Source: Nitrospira sp. | GTDB taxonomy: Bacteria; Nitrospirota; Nitrospiria; Nitrospirales; Nitrospiraceae | Direction of reading: 5' to 3' | Length of the DNA: 64,000 nt | Assembly: GCA_047150005.1 (NCBI GenBank) | Contig: AP038806.1 | Location: forward strand, 1-64,000 | Shown: piece by piece, positions 9,270 through 18,808 of the stretch | How the letters are laid out: each line of letters starts with the position of its first letter | Numbering within the stretch: position 1 is the first letter of the stretch | Made by a program: the position numbers and the translations under genes | Notes under the pieces: model-generated | What the model was told of the DNA's origin: nothing | Databases searched by the model: none | The model's input: only the letters and a program-made list of their open reading frames with translations

Positions 9270-11227
9270 CTGCCGACCCCGTGACTCATCACCCGACTCA
9301 TCCCCTCTTTGCCGTCCTCTCCCTCACCCATAGAAACAGGCCAGGTCACTAGACCTGAGACACTATCTGATGAGCCCACCGTCTGCTGCTGCGCATAGAT
9401 CTGCGGCAGCTTGTTCGTTCCGAACTTCGAGATATACAGAAACACGTGCTCGCGGGCGTTCACGCGGACGGCCCAGGGCTGGAAGTCGTTCTTGTAGAAC
9501 TCCTCGCAGAGCTGCATCGCGTCCATGCAGGAGATTCCCACCGGCTCGTTCAGCGTGTAGTAGTAGTCCAGCGGCAGGTCATATTCTTCCTGCTTATGGA
9601 TCGTGATGCCGAACTTCTCGGGATTGCGCACCATCGGCGTATGCCGATAGGCCACGAAGTAGAACAGCTCCACCGAATGGATCACCGGCTGGTTGTCGAT
9701 CACGAACTGCCTGGTCTCCAGCGCCTCGTCCCTCGTTTCGCCGGGGAATCCGTAGAAGGCCATCACGTGGTTCCAGATGCCGGCCTTGGCCGCCAGATGG
9801 AGATTGTTCTGGATCACACTCTTCTTGGCATGTTTGTCCATCAGATTGAGCACGCGCTCATTCGCCGACTCCATGCCGTAATAGAGGGTGCAGCAGCCGG
9901 CCTTGGCCGCGAGATCCCAGACGGCTTGATCCTGCAACGTCTCCTCGAATCGAATCAGCGTCGTCCACTTGATGTCGACGTTCTGGTCCACGAGCATCTG
10001 CGAGACCCGCTTGAAGAGGGCCGGCGGGTAGGACTCGTCCGCGAATAGGAAATGCCGGCACTGATACTTGTCCCGCAGCGCTTTCACTTGCTCGATGACC
10101 AACTGCGCCGTCATGCCGCGATATTGATCGAAATAGCCCTGCCCATGATCGCAAAACGTACAGCGGCCCCAATAGCAGCCCCGCGTCGCGAGATAGGGAA
10201 TGATCCGTTCCGGCACGAAGTAGAGATCAAGCGGGAAGCCGTCGAAGTCGGGAAGCGGCAGGGCCGTCGTCTTCTCCGTATAGACTTCTTTGTTCTGTTG
10301 AACACCTGCCGCCGCCCGATACATGAGGTTCGGAACGGACGCGAGGTCGCGCTGGCCGTTCAAGGCTTCGATCAGCCAAAGCAACGCATGTTCACCTTCA
10401 TAAAGAATCGCCGAATCAAAGACTTCGGAGAAGAACCTCTCGTGATTCGGCAGCTCTTCCTGCAGCCGCGTAATCACGTTGCCGCCGACCACGACATGGA
10501 TATGCGGGAACGTCTCCTTGATCATTTTGGCGAACGTCAACCCGGCAATGAGCTGCATCTGCGTGCCGATCGAGATGCCGACCACGGACGGCTTCTCCTT
10601 GCTCACTGATGGCAGCACCAGTTGATTGCAGATGTCTCGGTACACGTTCACCTGCTCGTCGTCGAGGCAGGCAAAGAGTTCTTTCGAGACGCCCGGCCTG
10701 TAGCCGAGGTTGCTCTCCATCGGGTAGAAGACCAGCGAGGCCGGATAGTAGGCGGCCGAGATGAACTGCATCGTTTCACGGAAGGTATTCAGCGCCGCTT
10801 CGAGTTTGTCCGCCTGGTAGAACCGCTCGCCGCGCACGACGCTCTTGGCATCTTCCGCCCGCGCCGCCAGATCGAAGACGTCGAGCGTCATGGCCTGCTC
10901 CAGCAGGGACAACTGCGCGGCCTCGTGATCCGTCAGCTCTCCTCGCTTTTCCTTCATCTGCAGCGCCTTGAGCTGCATCGCTTGCCTGGCCCTGACCCAC
11001 ACCAAGAACTCCGTCGTGAAGAAGTGGTCGTACATCTCGATGTTGATGTCGCGCTGGATCACAGCGTGCCCAGCTCCGCGCAGCACCGCGGTCAGCGAGG
11101 GCAGCGCCAGATAGGGCGCCGTCGGCACCCACTCGGGCGGAAACAGCAGCATGACCTTGGAGGTCTTGCGGTCTTCCTTCTTAATCGGGGTCAGGCCCTC
11201 GATCTGTACGAGTCCGGAAACACTCAT
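9266..11227 (-). CDS. Cobalamin-dependent radical SAM protein
   Basis: LLFPP..PYLALPSL B12-domain start; RGCYWGRCTFC. Confidence 0.9.
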   Translation of the reverse strand: MSVSGLVQIEGLTPIKKEDRKTSKVMLLFPPEWVPTAPYLALPSLTAVLRGAGHAVIQRDINIEMYDHFFTTEFLVWVRARQAMQLKALQMKEKRGELTDHEAAQLSLLEQAMTLDVFDLAARAEDAKSVVRGERFYQADKLEAALNTFRETMQFISAAYYPASLVFYPMESNLGYRPGVSKELFACLDDEQVNVYRDICNQLVLPSVSKEKPSVVGISIGTQMQLIAGLTFAKMIKETFPHIHVVVGGNVITRLQEELPNHERFFSEVFDSAILYEGEHALLWLIEALNGQRDLASVPNLMYRAAAGVQQNKEVYTEKTTALPLPDFDGFPLDLYFVPERIIPYLATRGCYWGRCTFCDHGQGYFDQYRGMTAQLVIEQVKALRDKYQCRHFLFADESYPPALFKRVSQMLVDQNVDIKWTTLIRFEETLQDQAVWDLAAKAGCCTLYYGMESANERVLNLMDKHAKKSVIQNNLHLAAKAGIWNHVMAFYGFPGETRDEALETRQFVIDNQPVIHSVELFYFVAYRHTPMVRNPEKFGITIHKQEEYDLPLDYYYTLNEPVGISCMDAMQLCEEFYKNDFQPWAVRVNAREHVFLYISKFGTNKLPQIYAQQQTVGSSDSVSGLVTWPVSMGEGEDGKEGMSRVMSHGVGS

Positions 11228-11287
11228 TTTGTTCCTACTTCATTATTCGGTCCGACTACTCAGCACTCAGCACTCAGGACTTCACGG

Positions 11288-13186
11288 TCACATCTTACCT
11301 GCCAGCGTCGGCATGACTCCCGCCGTTTTCATAGCCCTGTATTGCAGATCCGGCAGCTTCGCCAATCCGAATTTGCAAATGTACAAGAAGATGTATTCTC
11401 GAATGTACAAGCGCAGATCCCAGCCGGCATAGTGATTCCGCTCGAACTCCTGAAACACCCGCTCCGCCTCTTCGATGCTCAGGCCATGCTTCACGGTGAA
11501 ATAGTAGTCCAGCGCCAGGTCCCACTCCGGGTTCTTGTACGCCGTCACGCCCCACTTCTCCGGATGCTTGGCCACCGGATTGTGCCGGCCAAGATCGAAT
11601 GTACCGAAGCCGAGCGAATGGACGTAGTCCTTGTTCTGCTCCAGAAACTGCACCGACTGCCAGGCTTCTTCTCGCGTCTCGCCGGGAAAACCGAAGAAGC
11701 CCATGCAGTGATTCCAGATGCCCGCCTCCGCCGTGTACTTGAGGTGCTTCGTCATGATCTCCGTCGTCGTCGCCTTGTCCATCAGTGTCAGCACGCGCTC
11801 GTTCCCGGATTCATAGCCGAAGTGCAGGTAGCGGCAGCCGGAGTTCTTCGCATCTTCCCAGACGCCATCTTCCAAGAGACTCTTTTCGAATCGCATGTGC
11901 GTCGTCCAGAAGATGTCCATCTTGCTGTCGACCAGGCCGCGCGTCAGCTTGCGGAACAGGGCCGGCGGATAGGATTCGTCGGTGAAGTGGAAATGCTGGA
12001 CTCCGTACTTGTCACGCAGATATTTGATGTCGGTCAGCACGTCCTGGATCTTCTTCGACCGGTAGCCGGCCGTGTAGCCCTCGCCGTGGTCGCAGAACTC
12101 GCAACGGCCCCAATAGCAGCCACGCGTAGCCAGATACGGCAGGATGTTCGTCGGCACGAAATACTTTTTCAACGGCAGTCCGTCGAAGTCCGGCGGCGGG
12201 AGTTCCGCCATGTCTTCGGCATAGCTGAGGGCAGAAACATGCACGCCCTTGTCGTCCTTATAGATGGTGTTGGGCACCTGGGAGAGGTCGCGCTTCGCCC
12301 CCACCGCCTCGACCAGCTGCACGAAAGCGGTTTCACCTTCATAAACCACCGCGCTGTCGAAGAATTGAAACAGCGGCGATTCCGGAAGCACATCGCGCAA
12401 CCGCGTCACCGTGTTCCCGCCGATCGTGATGTGGATGTTCGGGAAGTGCTGCTTAATCAATGCGCAGAAGGTCATGGAGGAGAAGATCTGCTGCTGGAGC
12501 ACAATGGAGATGCCAATCACGTCAGGTCTCTCTGATTCGATCGCCGGCTTCACGATCTGGCCGAAGACATCCCGGTAGACATTGACCTGCTCGTCATGGA
12601 CCGCGTCGATGACTTCGCTCGACACGTAGACCTTGTACGACAGGTCGGTCTCCATCGGCGGCATGCAAATCCGGGCCGGCGCATAGACTAACGAAATGAC
12701 TGACGTGACCTCACGAAAGACTTGAATCGCCCACTCTAACTGATCGATATCGTGGAATGTTTCTCCTCTGACGATCGCCTTGGCCTTCTCGGCCTTCTTG
12801 ATGAGCTCGTCGATCTTCTGGCGCGAGATATCACACAGCGCCATCTGCACATCCATCTCATAGTCGGCCAGTTCTCGCTTCTTGGAGAGCTTGCGGAGCC
12901 GGTCGAGCTGCTGGGGTACGCGACGGAGGACCTTCTTCAGGAAGTCCTCACTGAAGTACCAGTCCCACATCTCCAGATTCACGTCTTTCTGAACGACGGT
13001 GTGGCCGGCTTTCCGGAGGACGGACGTGAGAGATGGGAGGCTGAGATAGGGCTCGGAGGGATACCAGTCGGGCGGAAAGATGAGCATCACCTTCATCTTC
13101 CGGCCGCTGGCTTCGAAGGAGGTCTTGCGATGGAGTTGGATCAACTCATCGGTTGCCCGTTGACCCTTGGAGTACTCAATCCGCAT
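11288..13186 (-). CDS. Cobalamin-dependent radical SAM protein, paralog of the neighbour
   Basis: LIFPP..PYLSLPSL; RGCYWGRCEFC. Confidence 0.9.
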   Translation of the reverse strand: MRIEYSKGQRATDELIQLHRKTSFEASGRKMKVMLIFPPDWYPSEPYLSLPSLTSVLRKAGHTVVQKDVNLEMWDWYFSEDFLKKVLRRVPQQLDRLRKLSKKRELADYEMDVQMALCDISRQKIDELIKKAEKAKAIVRGETFHDIDQLEWAIQVFREVTSVISLVYAPARICMPPMETDLSYKVYVSSEVIDAVHDEQVNVYRDVFGQIVKPAIESERPDVIGISIVLQQQIFSSMTFCALIKQHFPNIHITIGGNTVTRLRDVLPESPLFQFFDSAVVYEGETAFVQLVEAVGAKRDLSQVPNTIYKDDKGVHVSALSYAEDMAELPPPDFDGLPLKKYFVPTNILPYLATRGCYWGRCEFCDHGEGYTAGYRSKKIQDVLTDIKYLRDKYGVQHFHFTDESYPPALFRKLTRGLVDSKMDIFWTTHMRFEKSLLEDGVWEDAKNSGCRYLHFGYESGNERVLTLMDKATTTEIMTKHLKYTAEAGIWNHCMGFFGFPGETREEAWQSVQFLEQNKDYVHSLGFGTFDLGRHNPVAKHPEKWGVTAYKNPEWDLALDYYFTVKHGLSIEEAERVFQEFERNHYAGWDLRLYIREYIFLYICKFGLAKLPDLQYRAMKTAGVMPTLAGKM

Positions 13187-13497
13187 ACCGGCCTGAATCC
13201 CTCGCTAAGAAATGGCCCAAACTGCTACAAAGCCAATAGGTTAGCCCAGGAAGTGGACATTGTACGGGGGGTGGAGAAGGAGATGCAAGCGGGAGACGGC
13301 TTTCGGGTCCTGTCGCCGACCCAGCCCATTCGTCCTCGCTCCACCCATCCCCCAGTGGGTCCCTTACGCTGCGGGCGCTCGGTGAAAGGCGCGTCATGGC
13401 GCGCCGGGGTGGGAGGGTGAGAACTGTCGCCCGAGGTCGCCGCCACCCGAAAGCCGGAGTGAGTCTGAACAGCCACCTTGTCGTGTAAGCTCCCCCG

Positions 13498-14325
13498 TCA
13501 ACGAGACACTGGCAAGGGAGAATTTCCGGCTGTCAGTTGAGCCCGATACGTGGCGGGCGGGAGCCCGGCTAACGCATCATGGGGCCGCTCCTCGTTGTAA
13601 CTCTGTAACCATTGCGCACTGATCTCCCGCACCTGGTCGAGCGATGCGAACACATAGGCATTCAGGACCTCCGTCCGATAGGTCCGATTGAACCGCTCGA
13701 TGAACGCATTCTGATCCGGTTTCCCCGGTTGGATGTAGCGCAGCTCGATCCCGCGCTCTGCACACCAGGTGATGAAGCGGTCGGCGAGCAGTTCAGGCCC
13801 GTTGTCGAGCCGAAGGGCCTGCGGGCGTCCGCGCCAGGCCACGACCTGCTCCAGCACCCGAATCATCCGCTCGGCCGGGAGCGACGTGTCGATCTCGATG
13901 GCCAGGCCTTCTCGCACCCCTTCATCCAGAATATTGAAGGTCCGAAACCGTCGGCCGCCGTACAACGTGTCGCTCATGAAGTCCACGGCCCACACGGCAT
14001 TCGGCTGCGGCACCACCACGAGCGGCTGGCGCAGCCGAAGAGGCAACCGCTTCTTGGTCCGCCGCGGGAGATTCAGCCGCAACTGGCAGTAGACTCGCCA
14101 CAGCCGCTTCTGATTCCAGGGATGGCCATCGAGCCGCAGCCGGTCATAATACTTCCAGAACCCCCACCGGCTCTTCGCGGCCACCAGGGTCGTGAGCGCC
14201 GCAATGACCGGCGCATCGCGCCGCGCCCAATCAATCCGGGGCCGATAGTAGGTGGCTCGTCCCATCCCGACGGCCCGACAGGCCCGCTGAACCGGGAGTC
14301 CGGTGACCGTGACCAGGTGCGTCAC
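13498..14325 (-). CDS. IS3-family transposase OrfB (DDE)
   Basis: WAVDFMSD, LDNGPE, GKPDQNAFIERFN. Confidence 0.92.
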   Translation of the reverse strand: MTHLVTVTGLPVQRACRAVGMGRATYYRPRIDWARRDAPVIAALTTLVAAKSRWGFWKYYDRLRLDGHPWNQKRLWRVYCQLRLNLPRRTKKRLPLRLRQPLVVVPQPNAVWAVDFMSDTLYGGRRFRTFNILDEGVREGLAIEIDTSLPAERMIRVLEQVVAWRGRPQALRLDNGPELLADRFITWCAERGIELRYIQPGKPDQNAFIERFNRTYRTEVLNAYVFASLDQVREISAQWLQSYNEERPHDALAGLPPATYRAQLTAGNSPLPVSR

Positions 14326-14348
14326 AAGTTCCCGGCGTTCAGCAGGCC

Positions 14349-14615
14349 TTAGAGTTTTTTTGCGATGACATCCTTCAACGCCGCGTTCTCCAGCGAGAGA
14401 TCCGCATACATGCGTTTGAGCCGACTGTTTTCGTGTTCCAATTCCTTCAGCCGCTTCACGTCAGAGGCCTCCAGGCCGCCGTACTTGGCTTTCCACTTGT
14501 AGTACGTCGCCGAGCTAATGCCGTAGTGCCGCCAGATCTCATTGACCGGGCGACCGGCATCGGCCTCTTTGAGGATGGCGACGATCTGCGTTTCAGTGAA
14601 CTTCGACTGGCGCAT
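14349..14615 (-). CDS. IS3-family OrfA, ending at an A7 slippery site
   Basis: MRQSKFTETQI..ATYYKWKAKYGG; GCAAAAAAACTCTAA. Confidence 0.9.
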   Translation of the reverse strand: MRQSKFTETQIVAILKEADAGRPVNEIWRHYGISSATYYKWKAKYGGLEASDVKRLKELEHENSRLKRMYADLSLENAALKDVIAKKL

Positions 14616-14687
14616 AAGAACCTCCTGGCTAGGGTGGCTATTGTGCCAGAAGATTCTCCCTTTGACCTGTCTCACATTTGGGGGAGC

Positions 14688-15377
14688 TTACAGTCGCACT
14701 AGACAAGTTTTCGATCCATCAAGTATGCCCCCCATGAGGTCATCGACGGTCCTAAAAATTGGGACGAGCTTACTCGTCTCTCGCAAAAGTTCCTCTAGCT
14801 TTTCTAGTACTTGGTGCTCAGACACGCCCGGCAGCAACATCCTCATAACTATCTCTCCGATAAATTTATAGCGAGTCTTTCCATACACGTCACCAATCTG
14901 AATAAACCCACTTATGTCATTATGCATATGACGTACAGTAGCCCTGATCGAACCACGTGAAACGTGCCCTCCAAGGTTGTGCCGAAGCCTTGCAACGGTT
15001 TTTTCTGCGGTTGCCATCTGCTTTTGAAGTTTATTTAGCACGTGTTGTAGATGATGGGACTCTTTTGCTAAAGCGGCTTTGCCCTTCGCACTATTACAAA
15101 ACTCGTCGACCTCCGAACGTATCTCGTAAAGTGTTCTGAGAGAATTGCGATAGAAATATAGTTGCCGCCAGGCTGGAGAGTTCTCGTCAATATTTGCCTC
15201 TACTCTTGGCATTTCCAACGATCTTTCTCCAAATTTCTTGTCCGTTCCTTGGATCATTCCTGCCAACTCAAGAACAAAGTCCTCTCTGAGGACTAATAGC
15301 TTTAGTATAAGCATAGCTATTTGATCATCGACCGGGAAAGAATCCTTGATTCGTATGGACCATGTTTTCGTTCGCAT
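14688..15377 (-). CDS. Hypothetical AT-richer protein with HEPN-like Rx5H motif; C-terminus cut by the IS
   Basis: RLRHNLGGH in a helical context; stop codon lies inside the IS end. Confidence 0.55.
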   Translation of the reverse strand: MRTKTWSIRIKDSFPVDDQIAMLILKLLVLREDFVLELAGMIQGTDKKFGERSLEMPRVEANIDENSPAWRQLYFYRNSLRTLYEIRSEVDEFCNSAKGKAALAKESHHLQHVLNKLQKQMATAEKTVARLRHNLGGHVSRGSIRATVRHMHNDISGFIQIGDVYGKTRYKFIGEIVMRMLLPGVSEHQVLEKLEELLRETSKLVPIFRTVDDLMGGILDGSKTCLVRL

Positions 15378-15519
15378 AAACTAATCCTCCAAAACATTTG
15401 GATCCTACATATCACCTATGCCTAAGGACAAGTACCACTCCCGGGGAAGGACAATATGTCGGGAGTTTTTTCCGGGTGATAGATACGCCATTGATTTTTG
15501 CAGTACACTTCCCGCCGTC

Positions 15520-15663
15520 ATGTCCGACAATGTTCTCTCCCATAATGAAATGTGCCGGCGCGAGGGTGTGAGCCTTCAGCGGGGAATGAATTTTGGTCTT
15601 GGCGGGAATCACTCGGTCATCCTGATGTCAGTGCGTCCGAATGCTCCTTACCGAGATCGAGCC
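15520..15663 (+). pseudogene. N-terminal fragment resembling a modification-dependent restriction/HNH-type endonuclease
   Basis: MCRREGVSLQRGMNF..SVILMSVRPNAPYRDR, truncated at a REP-like hairpin; family recalled, not searched. Confidence 0.4.
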
Positions 15664-15679
15664 AGAAAAGGGGACAGGC

Positions 15680-15848
15680 TGAGCTACCCCCGATTTCATG
15701 GACACCAAGTTAAGGCACATGTGCGGCTTGAAACTGTACCGGGCTGACATAGCCCAAGGCCTGATGGAGCCGCTGTCGATTGTAGAACACCTCGATGAAT
15801 TCAAATACCGCGGTCTGCGCCGCCTCATGGGTCCAGAAGTCCTGATCA
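15680..15848 (-). mobile_element. 169-bp terminal fragment of the IS3 element at 17918
   Basis: Matches 17918-18086 with 4 substitutions. Confidence 0.9.
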
Positions 15849-15855
15849 CAACAAG

Positions 15856-15875
15856 AAAAGGGGACAGGCTACTTT
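15856..15875 (+). repeat. REP-like hairpin; left arm of the 20-bp inverted repeat around the RAYT
   Basis: AAAAGGGGACAGGCTACTTT, exact reverse complement of 16561-16580. Confidence 0.9.
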
Positions 15876-16519
15876 TCTAAAGCCTTCGACGGTCGTCCCC
15901 GTCTCCGTAAGGTCGATTCCAACCCCAGCGCGGCAGCCGTCGCCGTTTGCCACGCCTCTTCCCCGAACGGTTGCTGTCGATGTACGCAGCTGCGTAGCTT
16001 CGTGAGTTCGTGCTCGAAGAGCGGCTGATCAATCCATTCAAGCCAATTCCTCGGCGTCTCGATGGGTATCGGATCGCTGAGCTGCGGGAACCGCAAGCTG
16101 GACCACGGCCAATCCATCACGCATTCCACAAGCCCCGATCGGACCGGATTACGCAGTACATACCTCATGACGGTGAGGAGATGCACATCTTGCTGGATGG
16201 GGAAACTCTTGAACCTCCCCTGCCACACATGTCCATGCGTTCGATAATGTCGGTGATATCGCCGGACATGGCTGGTCATCCACCACTGCATGAACGAACT
16301 GAGAACCGCTTCAGCGGCCGGCTGCACCACCACATGGAAATGGTTGGGCATGACGCACACGCTCAGAACCTTGACGGGGAACTTCTCTCTTGCCCGAGCA
16401 AGCAACGCGAAGAAAGCGGAATAGTCACCATCTTTGTGAAAGACCGCCGCCCCACCATTTCCTCGATTCAAAACGTGATAGGCATATCCACCCACTTGTC
16501 CACGCGGGATCCGAGGCAT
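15869..16519 (-). CDS. REP-associated tyrosine transposase (RAYT, Y1/HUH family)
   Basis: MPR..YHVLNRGN, CVMPNHFHVV (HUH), GHVWQGRFKS, RYVLRNPVR..WPWSS. Confidence 0.9.
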   Translation of the reverse strand: MPRIPRGQVGGYAYHVLNRGNGGAAVFHKDGDYSAFFALLARAREKFPVKVLSVCVMPNHFHVVVQPAAEAVLSSFMQWWMTSHVRRYHRHYRTHGHVWQGRFKSFPIQQDVHLLTVMRYVLRNPVRSGLVECVMDWPWSSLRFPQLSDPIPIETPRNWLEWIDQPLFEHELTKLRSCVHRQQPFGEEAWQTATAAALGLESTLRRRGRPSKALEK

Positions 16520-16560
16520 GGAGGCGGACAGTATGGCAACCACCATTTTCGATGCAAGAC

Positions 16561-16580
16561 AAAGTAGCCTGTCCCCTTTT
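16561..16580 (-). repeat. REP-like hairpin; right arm of the inverted repeat around the RAYT
   Basis: AAAGTAGCCTGTCCCCTTTT. Confidence 0.9.
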
Positions 16581-16589
16581 TGGCCTTCG

Positions 16590-16975
16590 TCCGAACTTCG
16601 GGATTGAACCGCGCGGCGACGATCGCTCCCGTGTATAATGCCGTCCGCACATGAGCGCGCCCACCCCAGACGGTCCGACGGCCGCGCCGCGTGCCGCTAT
16701 CCCGATTGAGGGAAGCGACGCCGACCAAGGCTGCGATCTGTTTATGCGTCAACGTACCCAACTCGGGTAGATGAGCCAGCAGCGTGGTGGTCAGCACAGG
16801 GCCACTGCCTGGAGCGCTGCGCAACAGCTGAGCCTTCTCGCGCCAGACCGGACTCTGGTGGATGGTGTCGGCGAGGTCGGTATCAGCATGCTCCAACGCG
16901 CGTTCAAGCCACACGATATGAGCCCGCAAATTCTTCCGAATGGTCGGCCGCGCACGCGCCAGGCGCGTCACCAAT
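16590..16975 (-). pseudogene. Internal fragment of an IS110-family transposase
   Basis: LLRSAPGSGP..LPELG..IAALVGVA..RDSG..GGRAHVRTALY; N- and C-termini missing. Confidence 0.85.
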
Positions 16976-17115
16976 GCTGTGGGGAGCATGAGGCAGATGA
17001 AAACAAGATACAAGGCTACTTTTTTTGACCCGGAGAACCATTGCGCGGCGCGTGGCGGTTTTTGTCTGAAATTTTCGGTAGAATCTCCTCATCTCGGTTT
17101 ATCGGTAGGAGGAAG

Positions 17116-17325
17116 ATGTCTCAACAGAAACCCATCACCGAACGAATCCTCGAATTTCTCCGAAGTACCCCTGAGTGTGACTTTGAGGCTCTGGTGGCTC
17201 GTTACCCGGAATTCTCTTGGAACGAGCTTTATCTTGAAGTGTCTCGCTTGAACCGCCACGGCCTGGTAAAAATTACGAGGGGGGTGGGGATTTTTAAGAT
17301 CCAAGAAACTCCACCGTTACGGTGA
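17116..17325 (+). CDS. Small winged-helix-like hypothetical protein
   Basis: RBS AGGAGG; ITERILEFL..FSWNELYLEVSRL..GLVKITR. Confidence 0.65.
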   Translation: MSQQKPITERILEFLRSTPECDFEALVARYPEFSWNELYLEVSRLNRHGLVKITRGVGIFKIQETPPLR

Positions 17326-17476
17326 GTCCAGGATTGGGATGGAGAAACGAGGTGTCTGGAACCATTTCACGGCGCGGGGCGAGTCGGCGCGTTCCTCCTC
17401 TCGCGGCCGCTTTATAGGTGATGTCCGACATCTATCCCTGGAGGACTCATTCTTGTCAAAAATTCCCTGGGAGCGC

Positions 17477-17866
17477 TCACGTGTTAGAGAAGATCCAGTA
17501 GATACGTTCCCAATCTTGCACATTGTCAAACGGCTTCATCAGATAGGTACGAACACCCAACTCCCTGGCTTCATGGAGTTGAGCCTTATCGCTGACCGCT
17601 AACATCACAACAAGCGGAATATCTGGATGGCGCTCCCGGAGTTCTCGAAGTACAGGAGTGCCGCCGATCGTGTGGGCCCGAAAATCAAGCAGCACTCCTC
17701 GAATGGGCGAATCAGCAGCCTCCAAGGAAATGCGTGAGATGGCCGAACGTCCGTTATTCTCAATCACCACATCAAATCCCATCGACAAGAGTCGGTCACG
17801 GAGCGCAAGGCGGATTTCTTCATCATGACACACGACGAGAATTCTTTTCTGTGTCCGCTCCTTCAT
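17477..17866 (-). CDS. Single-domain response regulator (receiver)
   Basis: ILVVCHD, VLLD, YLMKPF. Confidence 0.75.
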   Translation of the reverse strand: MKERTQKRILVVCHDEEIRLALRDRLLSMGFDVVIENNGRSAISRISLEAADSPIRGVLLDFRAHTIGGTPVLRELRERHPDIPLVVMLAVSDKAQLHEARELGVRTYLMKPFDNVQDWERIYWIFSNT

Positions 17867-17947
17867 GACTTGTCCTGGAACGAGAAAAGGGGACAGGAAC
17901 AAGAAAAGGGGACAGGCTGAGCTACCCCCGATTTCATGGACACCAAG

Positions 17948-18808
17948 TTAAGGCACATGTGCGGCTTCAAACTGTACCGGGCTGACATAACCCAGGGCCT
18001 GATGGAGCCGCTGTCGATTGTAGAACACCTCGATGAATTCAAATACCGCGGTCTGCGCCGCCTCAGGGGTCCAGAAGTCCTGATCATGGACCAGTTCATT
18101 CTTGAGCGTACTGAAGAAACTCTCGACCACGGCATTGTCGTAACAGTTGCCCTTCCGACTCATGCTGGCTACGAGCCCGGTCTGTGTCAACTGCCGTTGA
18201 TAGGCCAGGCTCGTGTACGTGGCGCCCTGGTCCGTGTGATGGATCACGCCCGGTTGTGGGCGTCGGTGGGTGAGCGCCATCTGCAACGCCGTCACGGCCA
18301 CGTGCTGATCCGGCTTACGACTCATGGCCCAACCGATCACACGGCGCGAGTACAGGTCCAGGATCACGGCCAAGTACACCCAGCCCGCTCGGGTCGCAAT
18401 GGCGGTCAGATCGCCGGCCCAGATGCGATTGGGAGCCGCAGCCCCAAACCGCTGTTGCAGCCGGTTGGGCGCCGGCGGCGCGAACTCATGGGGCTCGTGC
18501 CTCACGCGGAATCGCCGGATCCGCTTGGCAAGCAACCCCTGCTGGCGACGCAGGCGCGCCACCCGATGGCGCCCACAGGGGACGCCCGCGGCCACCAGTG
18601 CCCGCCACAGCTTGAGCGCCCCATAGCGCTCTTTCCTCTGCCGATGGAGTTGGGTCATCCGCTCCACCAAGTCGGCATTGGCCCGAGCCCGTGCACTGAG
18701 CGGACGGCGACGCCAGGCGTAGTATCCGCTCCGACTGACGGCCAAGACCTGACAGAGCCGCTCAATCCGATGCTGGTGCTGATGGGTCTGAATGAACTGG
18801 TACGTCAT
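17948..18808 (-). CDS. IS3-family transposase OrfB
   Basis: WAGDLT, HHTDQG, SRKGNCYDNAVVESFF. Confidence 0.92.
   Translation of the reverse strand: MTYQFIQTHQHQHRIERLCQVLAVSRSGYYAWRRRPLSARARANADLVERMTQLHRQRKERYGALKLWRALVAAGVPCGRHRVARLRRQQGLLAKRIRRFRVRHEPHEFAPPAPNRLQQRFGAAAPNRIWAGDLTAIATRAGWVYLAVILDLYSRRVIGWAMSRKPDQHVAVTALQMALTHRRPQPGVIHHTDQGATYTSLAYQRQLTQTGLVASMSRKGNCYDNAVVESFFSTLKNELVHDQDFWTPEAAQTAVFEFIEVFYNRQRLHQALGYVSPVQFEAAHVP

Larger units (their letters stand above)
13484..14692 (-). mobile_element. Complete IS3-family (IS407-group) element with 4-bp target duplication GTCG
   Basis: Ends TGTAAGCTCCCCC / GGGGGAGCTTACA; GTCG at 13480-83 and 14693-96. Confidence 0.93.

Noticed and set aside
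10622..12535. 637-aa + strand ORF
   Set aside because: Antisense shadow of the radical SAM genes in GC-rich DNA; no motifs.
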